This document shows, piece after piece, positions 47,966 to 57,161 of a stretch of DNA of 64,000 bases. The stretch covers positions 208,543 through 272,542 of the forward strand of contig CAVRPK010000001.1 in NCBI GenBank assembly GCA_963723105.1, in the 5' to 3' direction. Made by a program: the position numbers and the translations under genes. The stretch comes from an uncultured Candidatus Micrarchaeota archaeon. GTDB taxonomy: Archaea > Micrarchaeota > Micrarchaeia > Anstonellales > Bilamarchaeaceae. Position 1 is the stretch's first letter. Each line of letters begins with the position of its first letter. The notes beneath the pieces were generated by a model. That model saw nothing but the letters and a program-made list of their open reading frames with translations, did no database searches and was not told the DNA's origin.

Positions 47966-48126
47966 ATTACTGTAAGTGGCATGACTTTTTTATCAAGTTC
48001 ATGCTCTGCAACTTGGATAAAGGTCATTTTTTCATCTTTAATTTTAATCAATGGTGGAGCACCAAGTGAAAGTTGTAATGCTCTTGCGCCAAGAATTCTT
48101 GCAAGTTCATATTTAGTAAGTTCCAT
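47959..48126 (-). CDS. rpoK: DNA-directed RNA polymerase subunit K (Rpo6)
   Basis: Hand-translated 55 aa: MELTKYELARILGARALQLSLGAPPLIKIKDEKMTFIQVAEHELDKKVMPLTVIH. Matches the Rpo6 core pattern (T.YE.ARi.GaRAlQ.s.GAp). Below the 60-aa cutoff of the ORF track. Confidence 0.75.
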   Translation of the reverse strand: MELTKYELARILGARALQLSLGAPPLIKIKDEKMTFIQVAEHELDKKVMPLTVIH

Positions 48127-48193
48127 TTCAACACCGAAAAGATAAGCTCCTTCAGAATCAACTCTGAAGATTTACATATATAAGTAACGTTTC

Positions 48194-49378
48194 TCACAAA
48201 ACAATATAAATATTGCTTTTTTTACCCAAAGTGAGTGCAGTCTCACCAGAGAACTTAAATGTCTTGGCAAGTGCCTTCTGCACCTTGATTTTCATGCCAG
48301 GCTGAAGCGCAATTCCGCGATCTTCAAAAAGGTAGACAACACCCTCATTGCCCTCGTCATCATTAACCAAAATACGAGTAACAATTGCCTTGATTTTCTT
48401 GGTTTTTTGATACTCCATATTTTCTACGCTTCGAACTAGAAGAGGGTCAGTATTGATATTGCGCATTTTATCTTTGATTTTTGTGATATTGGTTATGTTT
48501 GCTTCTTTGAATTTATTTTTTGCAAGAGTAAATGCCAATGTAATTTCATTTTCAGCTTCCTTTTTCATGCGCTTCATTTCTCTGCGCATAAGATCATCAT
48601 CGCCGTTAGAAAGCATCATAAGCTCGTAGGCTTTTTTGAAGAATGTATCTGGAAGAAATTCAATTCCCTCGCGTTCTTTGAATTCCTCGATCTGATCCAT
48701 CTCAAGATTTGCAATCTCAGCAGAAATTCCTTCAACCTGAGTATTCATACCAACTTCTTCAAGTTCAGTTGAAAGTACAGGTTCCTCAGAAATTGTTTGT
48801 GCTTCTGAGACAATTGGTTCAGTTGATGGAATTTCTTCAGAAGTCACTTCAAGAAGAGTTTCTTGTGAACCATCACCAATATGATCAAGGTCAGAGATTA
48901 CTTCAAGATAACTAGTAAGAAATTCTTGCATTGCAGCTCTGCTGCCATCTGAAGATTTTTCTTTGGAAGAAGGTTTGTTCTTGAGATAAATACGCTCTAT
49001 TGTCGGCATCATCTTTGCCTTGACAAGAGCTGCTTTCTCTTTACCAAGCCTCTTTTCAAATAATTGAGTAATTGGAAGAAGAACCTTTTCCCGAGAGTCT
49101 CTTGGAACTGTCTTTTTCTCTTCGGTTTTTTTGTTCGGAGTTGAAAAGATTTTTGCAAATGACATAACCTCTGGTTCGTTCTTTTTTGCTTGTTCCAGAA
49201 GTTTCAGTGCAGTTTCACGGACAGACTGATCCTTATCATAACTAAGTTCAACAAGAGCAAAAAGAGCTCCTGGATCGCCATGAGCAGCGAGTGAAGAGGC
49301 AGCTTTTTTTCTGACCTCTGGATCCTCATCAAAAGTTAGTGAAACCAATTTGTTAATGTTAACAGTTGCATCTTGCAT
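48194..49378 (-). CDS. HEAT-repeat protein with OB-fold-like C-terminus
   Basis: N-terminal DPEVRKKAASSLAAHGDPGALFALVELSYDKDQSVRETALKLL (HEAT/PBS-lyase type). Acidic linker. Beta-rich C-terminal ~90 aa. Confidence 0.5.
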   Translation of the reverse strand: MQDATVNINKLVSLTFDEDPEVRKKAASSLAAHGDPGALFALVELSYDKDQSVRETALKLLEQAKKNEPEVMSFAKIFSTPNKKTEEKKTVPRDSREKVLLPITQLFEKRLGKEKAALVKAKMMPTIERIYLKNKPSSKEKSSDGSRAAMQEFLTSYLEVISDLDHIGDGSQETLLEVTSEEIPSTEPIVSEAQTISEEPVLSTELEEVGMNTQVEGISAEIANLEMDQIEEFKEREGIEFLPDTFFKKAYELMMLSNGDDDLMRREMKRMKKEAENEITLAFTLAKNKFKEANITNITKIKDKMRNINTDPLLVRSVENMEYQKTKKIKAIVTRILVNDDEGNEGVVYLFEDRGIALQPGMKIKVQKALAKTFKFSGETALTLGKKSNIYIVL

Positions 49379-49427
49379 GATCTGACCTCAAGCCCGAAAT
49401 ATATCTAAGTTAAGCTTTTTTAAGTGT

Positions 49428-50498
49428 TCACCTAGTCAGCTTCCCAATTGCATCAAGAGCAGTATCAATATCCTCAATCTTGAAGTTGCCCATATGTGCA
49501 ATGCGAAGACCGCTTTCTTTGAAAGCTCCTCGAGCGCCGACAATTTTTATCTCATATTCTGAATCTAGTTTTGATTTGACATCTGATGCCAGAATGCCTT
49601 TGGGGCATATGAATCCAGTAACAGTATTTGATTCAAAACCAGGCTCTGCAATGATTGGAAGACCCATTTCAACTAATCTCTCTCGAACATGAGCTGCAGT
49701 TTCAGCATGGCGTTTGATGCAAGAATCAAGTCCACCAGTTCGATCAATAACATCAAATGCCTTCTGAAGTGCCCAAAACAGGGTAACTGCAGGAGTGTTT
49801 GGAGTTTGTTTGTCTTTCTCAAACCTCTTTTTATGCCTTCGAAGATCAGCATAGTAGCTTGGAATATAATCCCTTGAACTGAATTTTTCAATAGCATCAG
49901 AACTCAATCCAAGAAGTGCCATTCCAGGAGGAGCTGCTGTTCCCTTCTGACTTCCAGTTACAAATGCATCAACATTGAAGTCTTTCATATCGAGTTTAGT
50001 TCCTGGCCAAGCAGAAATTCCATCAATAATAGTGAGCATTCCTTTGGATTTCGCATAGGTGCAGATTTCTTTTATGTGATTGGTAACTCCTAGGCTCGTT
50101 TCATTGTGAACCATTGCAAGAACATCAGCTTCGCTGCTATCTATTGCTTCTTTTGTTCTCTCAAGATTCCAGCCTTTCCCATCCTCGATTTCATGGACAA
50201 TTGCACTAGAGTGCACCTTGACAGTAAGGACCTGCTTTTTTCCAAAATCACCATTTGGAAAACAAACTACAGAGTCTTCTTTTTTACACAGATTAAGAGT
50301 AAGTGTTTCAAGACCAAGTGCGCCAGAGCCTGTGAGCACGTATGCCTCTTCGCAGTTGAAATAACATGTGAGACGAGCTACAAGATCGCCGTATAATTCA
50401 GTCATGGCTTTGCTTCTGTGGGTAATCATTTCCTTTGTTTGTGCCTGAGATATTTCATCAAGCAAAGGTACTGGACCTGGAGAGAGTAATATTCCCAT
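49428..50498 (-). CDS. class V PLP aminotransferase (serine-pyruvate/alanine-glyoxylate type)
   Basis: 356 aa. HNETSLGV, DAFVTGSQKGTAAPPG (PLP lysine). Confidence 0.7.
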   Translation of the reverse strand: MGILLSPGPVPLLDEISQAQTKEMITHRSKAMTELYGDLVARLTCYFNCEEAYVLTGSGALGLETLTLNLCKKEDSVVCFPNGDFGKKQVLTVKVHSSAIVHEIEDGKGWNLERTKEAIDSSEADVLAMVHNETSLGVTNHIKEICTYAKSKGMLTIIDGISAWPGTKLDMKDFNVDAFVTGSQKGTAAPPGMALLGLSSDAIEKFSSRDYIPSYYADLRRHKKRFEKDKQTPNTPAVTLFWALQKAFDVIDRTGGLDSCIKRHAETAAHVRERLVEMGLPIIAEPGFESNTVTGFICPKGILASDVKSKLDSEYEIKIVGARGAFKESGLRIAHMGNFKIEDIDTALDAIGKLTR

Positions 50499-50531
50499 AA
50501 TGATAGATTAGAAGAAAATAATTAAAAGAAG

Positions 50532-50876
50532 TCACCAATCATTCACGGTTTTTTGGACAATCTGGCAGAAGCCCCGACTTTTTTCAACAATAGATGATTT
50601 TATTGCATCCTTGTTTTTGGCCTTGTAGAGAAATTCATAGCCACCTCGATCTTTATTTGACTGATCACGCTGGACCAGTCCTTTTTTCATTAAACCTGCA
50701 AGGCCTCTTTGCACAACACTGCGCTCACGACCAAGAGAAGCAGAAAGATGTGAAACAGAAACATATTTTTTGTTCTTTAGAAGTTTCATAAAAACAGTAA
50801 CTTCGAGTCGTGAAAGACCAAAGGAGCATCGCAAAAGATCTTCCACAGAAAGATCAATACATGACATGTCAACCAT
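50532..50876 (-). CDS. winged-helix transcriptional regulator (TrmB/MarR-like)
   Basis: LSRLEVTVFMKLLKNKKYVSVSHLSASLGRERSVVQRGLAGLMKKGLVQRD. Start at internal M35, which removes the overlap with the divergent grx gene. Confidence 0.5.
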   Translation of the reverse strand: MVDMSCIDLSVEDLLRCSFGLSRLEVTVFMKLLKNKKYVSVSHLSASLGRERSVVQRGLAGLMKKGLVQRDQSNKDRGGYEFLYKAKNKDAIKSSIVEKSRGFCQIVQKTVNDW

Positions 50877-50966
50877 AAGTTCACCAGTGTATTTATTTTT
50901 GATAACTGCATTACTCCAATTGATTTTAAAAAACAATTGTGCATCGAACATACACAGATGATATTT

Positions 50967-51266
50967 ATGACAGAACAAGAAAAGGTAATTGTATACTCAA
51001 CTTCAACATGTCCTTATTGTGATATGGTAAAAACTTATCTAAAAGAAAACAACATTGAATATGTTGACTTTGATGTTGCTGCAGATCGCGAGAAGGCAAA
51101 GGAAATGATAATAAAAAGCGGACAAAAAGGAGTTCCGGTACTTGAAATTAAAGGAAGAATAGTTGTTGGATTTAGGCCAGATGAAATACAAAAAGCACTA
51201 AATTCAACTCCAATAAGCAGAGACAGTGCAATAAACAATGTTATCTTTGATCCGTTTGATCAGTAG
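50967..51266 (+). CDS. glutaredoxin-like protein (thioredoxin fold, CPYC)
   Basis: VIVYSTSTCPYCDMVKTYL...GVPVLEIKGRIVVGF. Confidence 0.7.
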   Translation: MTEQEKVIVYSTSTCPYCDMVKTYLKENNIEYVDFDVAADREKAKEMIIKSGQKGVPVLEIKGRIVVGFRPDEIQKALNSTPISRDSAINNVIFDPFDQ

Positions 51267-52054
51267 ATAACAGTTACTGGTTCATAGTACTTTCTAACAT
51301 TTCCAGCATATACACGAGCACTTAGCATTCTCTGCATTTCTGCGTATGCATCTTCAACAGAACGGTGCAGCCAACCAATTTGCATGTTCAACCTGATAAT
51401 TCGCCCTGGAACAAGATGACGGGTTGATTTTGGTGGGAATGGAGTATGATCCTGTGCGGATTTTATGATCTCTTCTTTTGTATATGACCTTCTGAATAAA
51501 ACAGAATTTCCGGCATCCAAATCTCTTTTTGTTTCCTCATCAGAGATATAGTCAACTGTTCCTTTTTCAAGAAGCGAGAATATGTAGTTTTGCTCTTCCA
51601 CCATTTCCTCGATTTTATAAGAACCTGGATTCACAAGAAAATGTTCTTCTTTGTATTGGAGCATAAATGGTGCTTTTAGATTATTTACTGCCTGCATTCC
51701 GGCTTCTGGATCAACACTTTCGTGTTTTATTGAATCGAGATTGAAGATTTCTTCTGGAGAAAGTGAAACAGAAGGAAACCATGTTCCTACAGTAATATCT
51801 TTGCGCGAATAATCGACCTTCTGAACAGGAGCATATGGACACTCTATTATCCGGAGTACTTTTTGCCTGTGATTCCCATCTATTACAAGGCCGGTCTTAT
51901 CATCAATAATGATTGGATCAACAACCTGACCAATATTCAGCATCGACTCTTTGAGTCTCTTGACATTGGGGGAAATGGTCTGCTCATGAGGAAGCAATGA
52001 TTTTACCTCTCTTATCTCTAATCGTCCCAACATTTCATCCATTAATGTACTCAT
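51260..52054 (-). CDS. ParB/Srx-like nuclease-domain protein
   Basis: N-terminal VKSLLPHEQT...VVDPIIIDDKTGLVIDGNHRQKVL fits the ParB N-terminal domain pattern. Confidence 0.5.
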   Translation of the reverse strand: MSTLMDEMLGRLEIREVKSLLPHEQTISPNVKRLKESMLNIGQVVDPIIIDDKTGLVIDGNHRQKVLRIIECPYAPVQKVDYSRKDITVGTWFPSVSLSPEEIFNLDSIKHESVDPEAGMQAVNNLKAPFMLQYKEEHFLVNPGSYKIEEMVEEQNYIFSLLEKGTVDYISDEETKRDLDAGNSVLFRRSYTKEEIIKSAQDHTPFPPKSTRHLVPGRIIRLNMQIGWLHRSVEDAYAEMQRMLSARVYAGNVRKYYEPVTVIY

Positions 52055-52152
52055 AAATTCACTAAGATTGGATGAGTTTAAAAAGTATCGGAAGAAGCTC
52101 AGGCATCTGACGAAGAGTTGGTTTTTTAGGCATATGCTAGAGAAATTGAGAT

Positions 52153-52704
52153 ATGAAGAACTTAGGCATATTGGAAAGAGAAGGGACAGTATTTGTTCTT
52201 GTTGATATTCAAGAGAAATTTTTGCCTGCGATGAGCAATATTGATGAAACTATTGCAAATGCAAACATACTAGTAAAGACATCTGAAATACTGGAAATGC
52301 CTCTTGTTGTTACAGAACAGTATCCACAAGGACTGGGTCACATAACAGATAAGCTCAAGCTTCCTGAGAAAAAGCATCTGATAGAAAAAATGAGTTTTGG
52401 CTGTTTTGGCTGTGATGGGTTTTCTGAAAAGATCAAAGAGCTTGGAACGCGTAGAATTGTTCTCTTTGGACTTGAGTCTCATATCTGCGTTTTGAAAACT
52501 GCACTAGAGGCCATGCATAGGGATATTGAAGTTCATGCAGTTGGAGATGCCATCTGCTCAAGAAAAGAGGAAAATACAAAGATAGGCCTTGAGAGAATGA
52601 AACAATCAGGAGCATTTATTGTGTCAACTGAAATGGTAATCTTCCAGCTGATGGACAGAGCGGATACTGAGGAGTTCAAAAAAATCAGAAGTTTAATTAG
52701 ATAA
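52153..52704 (+). CDS. isochorismatase-family cysteine hydrolase
   Basis: VFVLVDIQEKF, RIVLFGLESHICVLKTALEA (catalytic Cys context). Confidence 0.7.
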   Translation: MKNLGILEREGTVFVLVDIQEKFLPAMSNIDETIANANILVKTSEILEMPLVVTEQYPQGLGHITDKLKLPEKKHLIEKMSFGCFGCDGFSEKIKELGTRRIVLFGLESHICVLKTALEAMHRDIEVHAVGDAICSRKEENTKIGLERMKQSGAFIVSTEMVIFQLMDRADTEEFKKIRSLIR

Positions 52705-52705
52705 A

Positions 52706-52777
52706 TGCGACCGCCGGGAATCGAACCCGGGCCTCGAACTTGGCAAGCTCGAATCATAACCATTAGACAACGGTCGC
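52706..52777 (-). tRNA. tRNA-Gly(GCC)
   Basis: GCGACCGUUGUCUAAUGGUUAUGAUUCGAGCUUGCCAAGUUCGAGGCCCGGGUUCGAUUCCCGGCGGUCGCA. 7-bp acceptor stem, anticodon loop UUGCCAA, T arm CCGGG-UUCGAUU-CCCGG. No encoded CCA. Confidence 0.9.
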
Positions 52778-52937
52778 GTGTTTGAGTCATTCAGGTAAGC
52801 TTCTTGCTTTACATGAATTAGGAAAATAGGTTGTTTGAAAACAAATATAAATCATATATGCGGTAATAAACTTACAAATAACCATTTATACAAACATTTA
52901 AAAACTGTTTTTGGTAAACTAACTTCGTGAGAAATTA

Positions 52938-53252
52938 ATGCCTAGTGAAAATAAAGACAAATCTAATGATATGCGCCGAATGCTACAGAGACTCCCACAG
53001 TTATCAGACACTAGGGCAAGAAGATTCAGAACCTCAAGACTCCTAGAAGATAAAAAACCAGATGAAGAAACAGCAGAACCAATACTACTTGTTAAATTAT
53101 CAAAACCACCTCCACCCCCAGAAACAACAATGGAGATTACTACTGGAGATATTGAACTTGGTGAGGGCATTGAACTTATAGACATAAAAAAAGGCGATTC
53201 TCTTCTTGCACCGATTACTTTGGATGATGATGAGAAAACTTTAGAAGGTTGA
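52938..53252 (+). CDS. hypothetical protein, probably the detached 5' part of 53290-55125
   Basis: Ends ...KKGDSLLAPITLDDDEKTLEG*. The next ORF begins inside a second copy of DSLLAPITLDDDE in the +1 frame. Confidence 0.45.
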   Translation: MPSENKDKSNDMRRMLQRLPQLSDTRARRFRTSRLLEDKKPDEETAEPILLVKLSKPPPPPETTMEITTGDIELGEGIELIDIKKGDSLLAPITLDDDEKTLEG

Positions 53253-53289
53253 AGAACCAACTGCAGAAGTAACAGTTAAACGAGATTCA

Positions 53290-55125
53290 TTGCTTGCACC
53301 GATTACTTTGGATGATGATGAGCAGACAATACCAAAGGTAAGAGTACCTAAAGCGCCACCACTTCCAAGTTTTGATATTGATCCAGATGGAGAGGATACT
53401 ACTCAAAATGCAGAATTAAAGTTGCCGTCTGTTACTCCACCAAAGAGAAAACCATGGATTGGAGAAAAACCTGTTGATGAAGTACTTTTTGTTCTTGAAG
53501 GAGAAGAGATCCCAACAACAGAGTTGATGAACGAACTTCAGAAATTTGAAGAAGAGAGAGTTCTTGATGAGATGATTGAAAGGGAAGAGGAAGAGTTCAA
53601 TGAAAAAAGAAGAGAGCTTCTGGCAGTAATAGTTGCAGCAAAAGAAAAGAAAATAGCAGATGACGCAGCAAAGAAAAAAGCTGCAAGAGATGCAGTAATC
53701 AAAGCAGAGGCAGATGCTAAAAAAGCTGAAGAAGAGAGAAAAGCAGCAGAAAAAGCAGAGGCAGAGCGAAAATCTGCGCAAGAAGAAACAGTTGAAGAAA
53801 TTGAAATTGAACTGGATCTTGGAATAGACTGGGAAGACAAACACACTACACACAAGCTAACTGAAAAGGAGCTTGAAATGTGCAAAGAAGTTCTTCCAGG
53901 AAGAGCGAGATTGTGGATTTTGCCAGTTCCTGAAGGAAGGAATGAACAAGAACAAATAGTACTCGAGACATGCAAAGATGAGCAGAAGGTAATGATCGCT
54001 GGACAAGAATATTATATTTTAGAAAAACCATTTGCAGAATCAAAATCAGTTGCACGAGTTGGCAATGTACTAAACGTCTGGCCCGAATCCCTAACAAACT
54101 ACGAATTTCTCGGCAATATAGGCGCTGAAGTCAGAGAATACAGGGAAATTGAATGGCCAAAAGGATTTTGCGGATATGAGCTCACAGAAAAAGAACTTGA
54201 GGAAGTAGATTTATACATTCCAGAAAACGCACCAAGACTTCTGCATCCAGCTCCAGATGAAGATACAAGAAATCCAAGGAATCTTGAGATTTTACAATTA
54301 TGTCAAAATTCATCTAAAATTACGCTTGGAGAAAACCAGTATTATATTTTCAACATCCACTCAATGGCAGCTTGGAGAGATATTGTAACCAGATTGCCAA
54401 AATCAAGAATAGTATCAAGAAAAGGAAGAGAACTCAGTATCTGGGGCGAAGAAAGAAACGGTAGGAAAATACTTGAAGGACTTGAGATGCCAACTGAGAT
54501 CAAGGACACTCGAAGCGTACCTCCAATTCCACCAAATGGAATGGCAATTCCGCATCCTGAGGAGATTCCTGCTATTGAAGAAATGTATGCAGGAGGCAAA
54601 AGGAAATATCTTGTACAAATGCTTGAGCGAGTTGGAGATACAGAAATGGAGACATTTGTATCAAATAATATAATGGCCCATGCGGCTTTGGAAAAAAATG
54701 GAAGATCGCCATTTGTTTCGATTCAATGGAAATGGTATCTTGCACTTGATCTTCCTCATCCTATTTCAGGAACGCGTGAAACAGTATACGAGAATGGAGT
54801 AATCAAAGGAGTCAGACAAGAAACGCCTGCCCAGGGAATGGAAAGATTAAAAGAACAAAACCGGATAAATTTAGAGAGAAAACGAAAATTAGACGAAATA
54901 AAAAGAGAATTTTTAAAGAATTTCCCAGAGGGCGAAACAAGATATATGCTGGAAGTTCCAACTGATGTACAATCAGAGCTTCCTGATATTGAGATGCCAG
55001 ATGGAAATGGCGGGTCAAAAAGATATTTAATTCATAAAGAACCAATTGGCGGCAGCATCGCAGTTGTTAGAAAAGGAGAAAACCTTCACAAAACCAGCGG
55101 AAATGAACCCCAAAGCGAATTATAA
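53290..55125 (+). CDS. hypothetical charged protein with internal ~100-aa repeats
   Basis: No ATG start; TTG at 53290 lies within the repeat and the frame is open from 53245. K/E/A coiled-coil stretch. Repeated unit LTEKELE...P....L.P.P......Q....C......I..G...YYI occurs at least twice. Confidence 0.55.
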   Translation: MLAPITLDDDEQTIPKVRVPKAPPLPSFDIDPDGEDTTQNAELKLPSVTPPKRKPWIGEKPVDEVLFVLEGEEIPTTELMNELQKFEEERVLDEMIEREEEEFNEKRRELLAVIVAAKEKKIADDAAKKKAARDAVIKAEADAKKAEEERKAAEKAEAERKSAQEETVEEIEIELDLGIDWEDKHTTHKLTEKELEMCKEVLPGRARLWILPVPEGRNEQEQIVLETCKDEQKVMIAGQEYYILEKPFAESKSVARVGNVLNVWPESLTNYEFLGNIGAEVREYREIEWPKGFCGYELTEKELEEVDLYIPENAPRLLHPAPDEDTRNPRNLEILQLCQNSSKITLGENQYYIFNIHSMAAWRDIVTRLPKSRIVSRKGRELSIWGEERNGRKILEGLEMPTEIKDTRSVPPIPPNGMAIPHPEEIPAIEEMYAGGKRKYLVQMLERVGDTEMETFVSNNIMAHAALEKNGRSPFVSIQWKWYLALDLPHPISGTRETVYENGVIKGVRQETPAQGMERLKEQNRINLERKRKLDEIKREFLKNFPEGETRYMLEVPTDVQSELPDIEMPDGNGGSKRYLIHKEPIGGSIAVVRKGENLHKTSGNEPQSEL

Positions 55126-55148
55126 ACAATAGCTGAGAAAAACTAGTT

Positions 55149-56312
55149 ATGGGAATGGGCAAAGGCGCATACCTGAAGAAAATTACTTCTGGAACCATGA
55201 AATGGAAGAGCATAGAGGTAGATGAAAAGCTGGATGGAAGCTCTCCACCTTCAGTGTTTATTGGAAGCTACGGATACCCAAAAGTTGCAGTAGGACCCAT
55301 GCTCACACCTAGCACTGGAGATACATTTGTGATGGATAGTCCAGAGCAATGGATTGGTAGATATGAACAGAATGATATCATCAAATTCAGGTTAGACCTT
55401 GTCCGGGGGAAAAAGGAAGTCGGGATTAAAGATCTTGAAAACAAGCTGGTTCGAAACATGCAGGAGATCTCCCTTGCATCAAAATCTGTTGAAAGTGAAG
55501 TTCAATTTCACTACAAGCCAAGAGGAGTCACGTTTAACCAGGATCATCAGCCATATGGCCCAAGTGCACCTCTAGATAAATTCGAAATCGGAAACACAAA
55601 ATGGGATCATCATCTTGAGAAATCATATTATGATACTGATTGGAAAGCAGCAGATGCAGTAACGGATTTGTACAAAGATGGAGTTGCTTTTTCTCAAATG
55701 CAAAAGGCATTTTCAACTGGAACTATGGGTCTTGGCAAAAATAGAAAACTCGTTCCAACGCGCTGGTCGATTACTGCAGTTGACACAATACTTGCAAATA
55801 ATCTTTACCACCAGGTAAAATACTTTGATGCCATAGAGAATTACCAAGTCTATGAGTTCTCAAGCCTGAATAATTATTATGCTGTAATCTTGACTCCGAC
55901 CCCGTGGATGTATGAATGGATTGAGGCATTTATCCATGTTCTTGGGAGAGAAGAAATGATTTTTGCAGATCAGGAATATACCCAGGGGAAGAGTGAATAT
56001 TCATCTGTTGGTGGCTGCTATTATAGCTGCAAATTTGCTGTTCTGGAGGCTCTTTCAAAGATGAAAAAACAGGCTGGAGCAATTGTTCTTCGGGAAGCAT
56101 ATGAGGGATATGTGCCTCTTGGTGTGTTCAATGTACGCGAAAACGTGAAAGCTGCAATGAAAGAAAAGCCAAGGGAATTTGAGTCATATAGAGCAGTTTT
56201 GAACTACTTATCAACAAAGCTGAGACTCCCTATTTCAAAATTCACAGAACAAGGAGTTTTGATAAAAGAAATGCTGAGCTCAAGGCAAACTACATTAACT
56301 CAAATAAAATAA
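55149..56312 (+). CDS. Nre-family (DUF650/DUF651) putative DNA-repair protein
   Basis: N-terminal [20 protein letters not shown] is the block I associate with archaeal NreA-like proteins. Assigned from memory of the family, not from a search. Confidence 0.5.
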   Translation: MGMGKGAYLKKITSGTMKWKSIEVDEKLDGSSPPSVFIGSYGYPKVAVGPMLTPSTGDTFVMDSPEQWIGRYEQNDIIKFRLDLVRGKKEVGIKDLENKLVRNMQEISLASKSVESEVQFHYKPRGVTFNQDHQPYGPSAPLDKFEIGNTKWDHHLEKSYYDTDWKAADAVTDLYKDGVAFSQMQKAFSTGTMGLGKNRKLVPTRWSITAVDTILANNLYHQVKYFDAIENYQVYEFSSLNNYYAVILTPTPWMYEWIEAFIHVLGREEMIFADQEYTQGKSEYSSVGGCYYSCKFAVLEALSKMKKQAGAIVLREAYEGYVPLGVFNVRENVKAAMKEKPREFESYRAVLNYLSTKLRLPISKFTEQGVLIKEMLSSRQTTLTQIK

Positions 56313-56320
56313 AAAAATAA

Positions 56321-57013
56321 TTATGCTCTCCAAAGAGCATATCTTTCATCGATATTGATAATGCTTTTTATGTCAACTACGCTATCAACTGCCTTGAGAA
56401 TATTTACAAACACAACATAGCTTGCAGCAATTCCAAGAGCAAACAGAATTCTCTCAAATGCCGTAATTGGAAGTAGCATCAGCCATTGCTCAGCTGCCAT
56501 AGGAACAGTCCAAATCCAAAGCACTGCTCCAACAGCATGTGCAGTAAATGTTGCTCCAAGACTTCGTAGAATCAGGTTTTCTGGAAGGAACTTTGCGATC
56601 ACTGGAATTACCCAGAATAATGCATAGACCCAAGCCTGCTGTCCAACTGGATGAATCCAAAAGGCAAGCATAGCAAGAATCGGAAGGGCAAGACCAAGCT
56701 TATCCTTTATTCCTCGAATGCCATTTCGGCTAAAGTAGATTGCAGCAAAAACCATTGGAAGCAATCTAAGAAGGTTCAGAATAGAGATTTCTTTCCCGAC
56801 AAGAACCCAGTTAATGAGCTGAGCGCCTAGTACTGCCGCAGCGCCCCAAATGCCCAAAAATCCACCTGCAATTGGGCCAAAGAACTGATAGATAGTAAGG
56901 AATTGACTTTCTTCTCCAATAAGTGTTGAGAAATTCAATTTCATCCCAACGAGTGCTAAAACAGTAAACAGCACCAGGAAAACAATCCCTTTTTTAGAGA
57001 ATATTTTTTGCAT
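56321..57013 (-). CDS. polytopic integral membrane protein (about 6-7 TM)
   Basis: 230 aa, almost entirely hydrophobic helices. Family not recognised. Confidence 0.5.
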   Translation of the reverse strand: MQKIFSKKGIVFLVLFTVLALVGMKLNFSTLIGEESQFLTIYQFFGPIAGGFLGIWGAAAVLGAQLINWVLVGKEISILNLLRLLPMVFAAIYFSRNGIRGIKDKLGLALPILAMLAFWIHPVGQQAWVYALFWVIPVIAKFLPENLILRSLGATFTAHAVGAVLWIWTVPMAAEQWLMLLPITAFERILFALGIAASYVVFVNILKAVDSVVDIKSIINIDERYALWRA

Positions 57014-57161
57014 TGATACACCTCAAAGAATGATAAAGTATCAATTGTGGAGCAGGTTTATTAAACATAAAGGAAAAACGCTTTCCAGCGAGGTGGAAGA
57101 GCCACAGACTAGCAACTGATAATAACGCTATTATAAACAATTCAATATAATTTTACAGGTA

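Noticed and set aside
53416-53975. Antisense or alternate-frame ORFs inside long genes (for example 53416-53853, 53538-53975, 9623-10087, 61005-61523, 17195-17587, 22281-22715, 40552-41145)
   Set aside because: These are shadow ORFs within compositionally biased or low-complexity coding regions. Their products are low-complexity (S/F/L/C-rich) and the opposite or other frame has clear family motifs.
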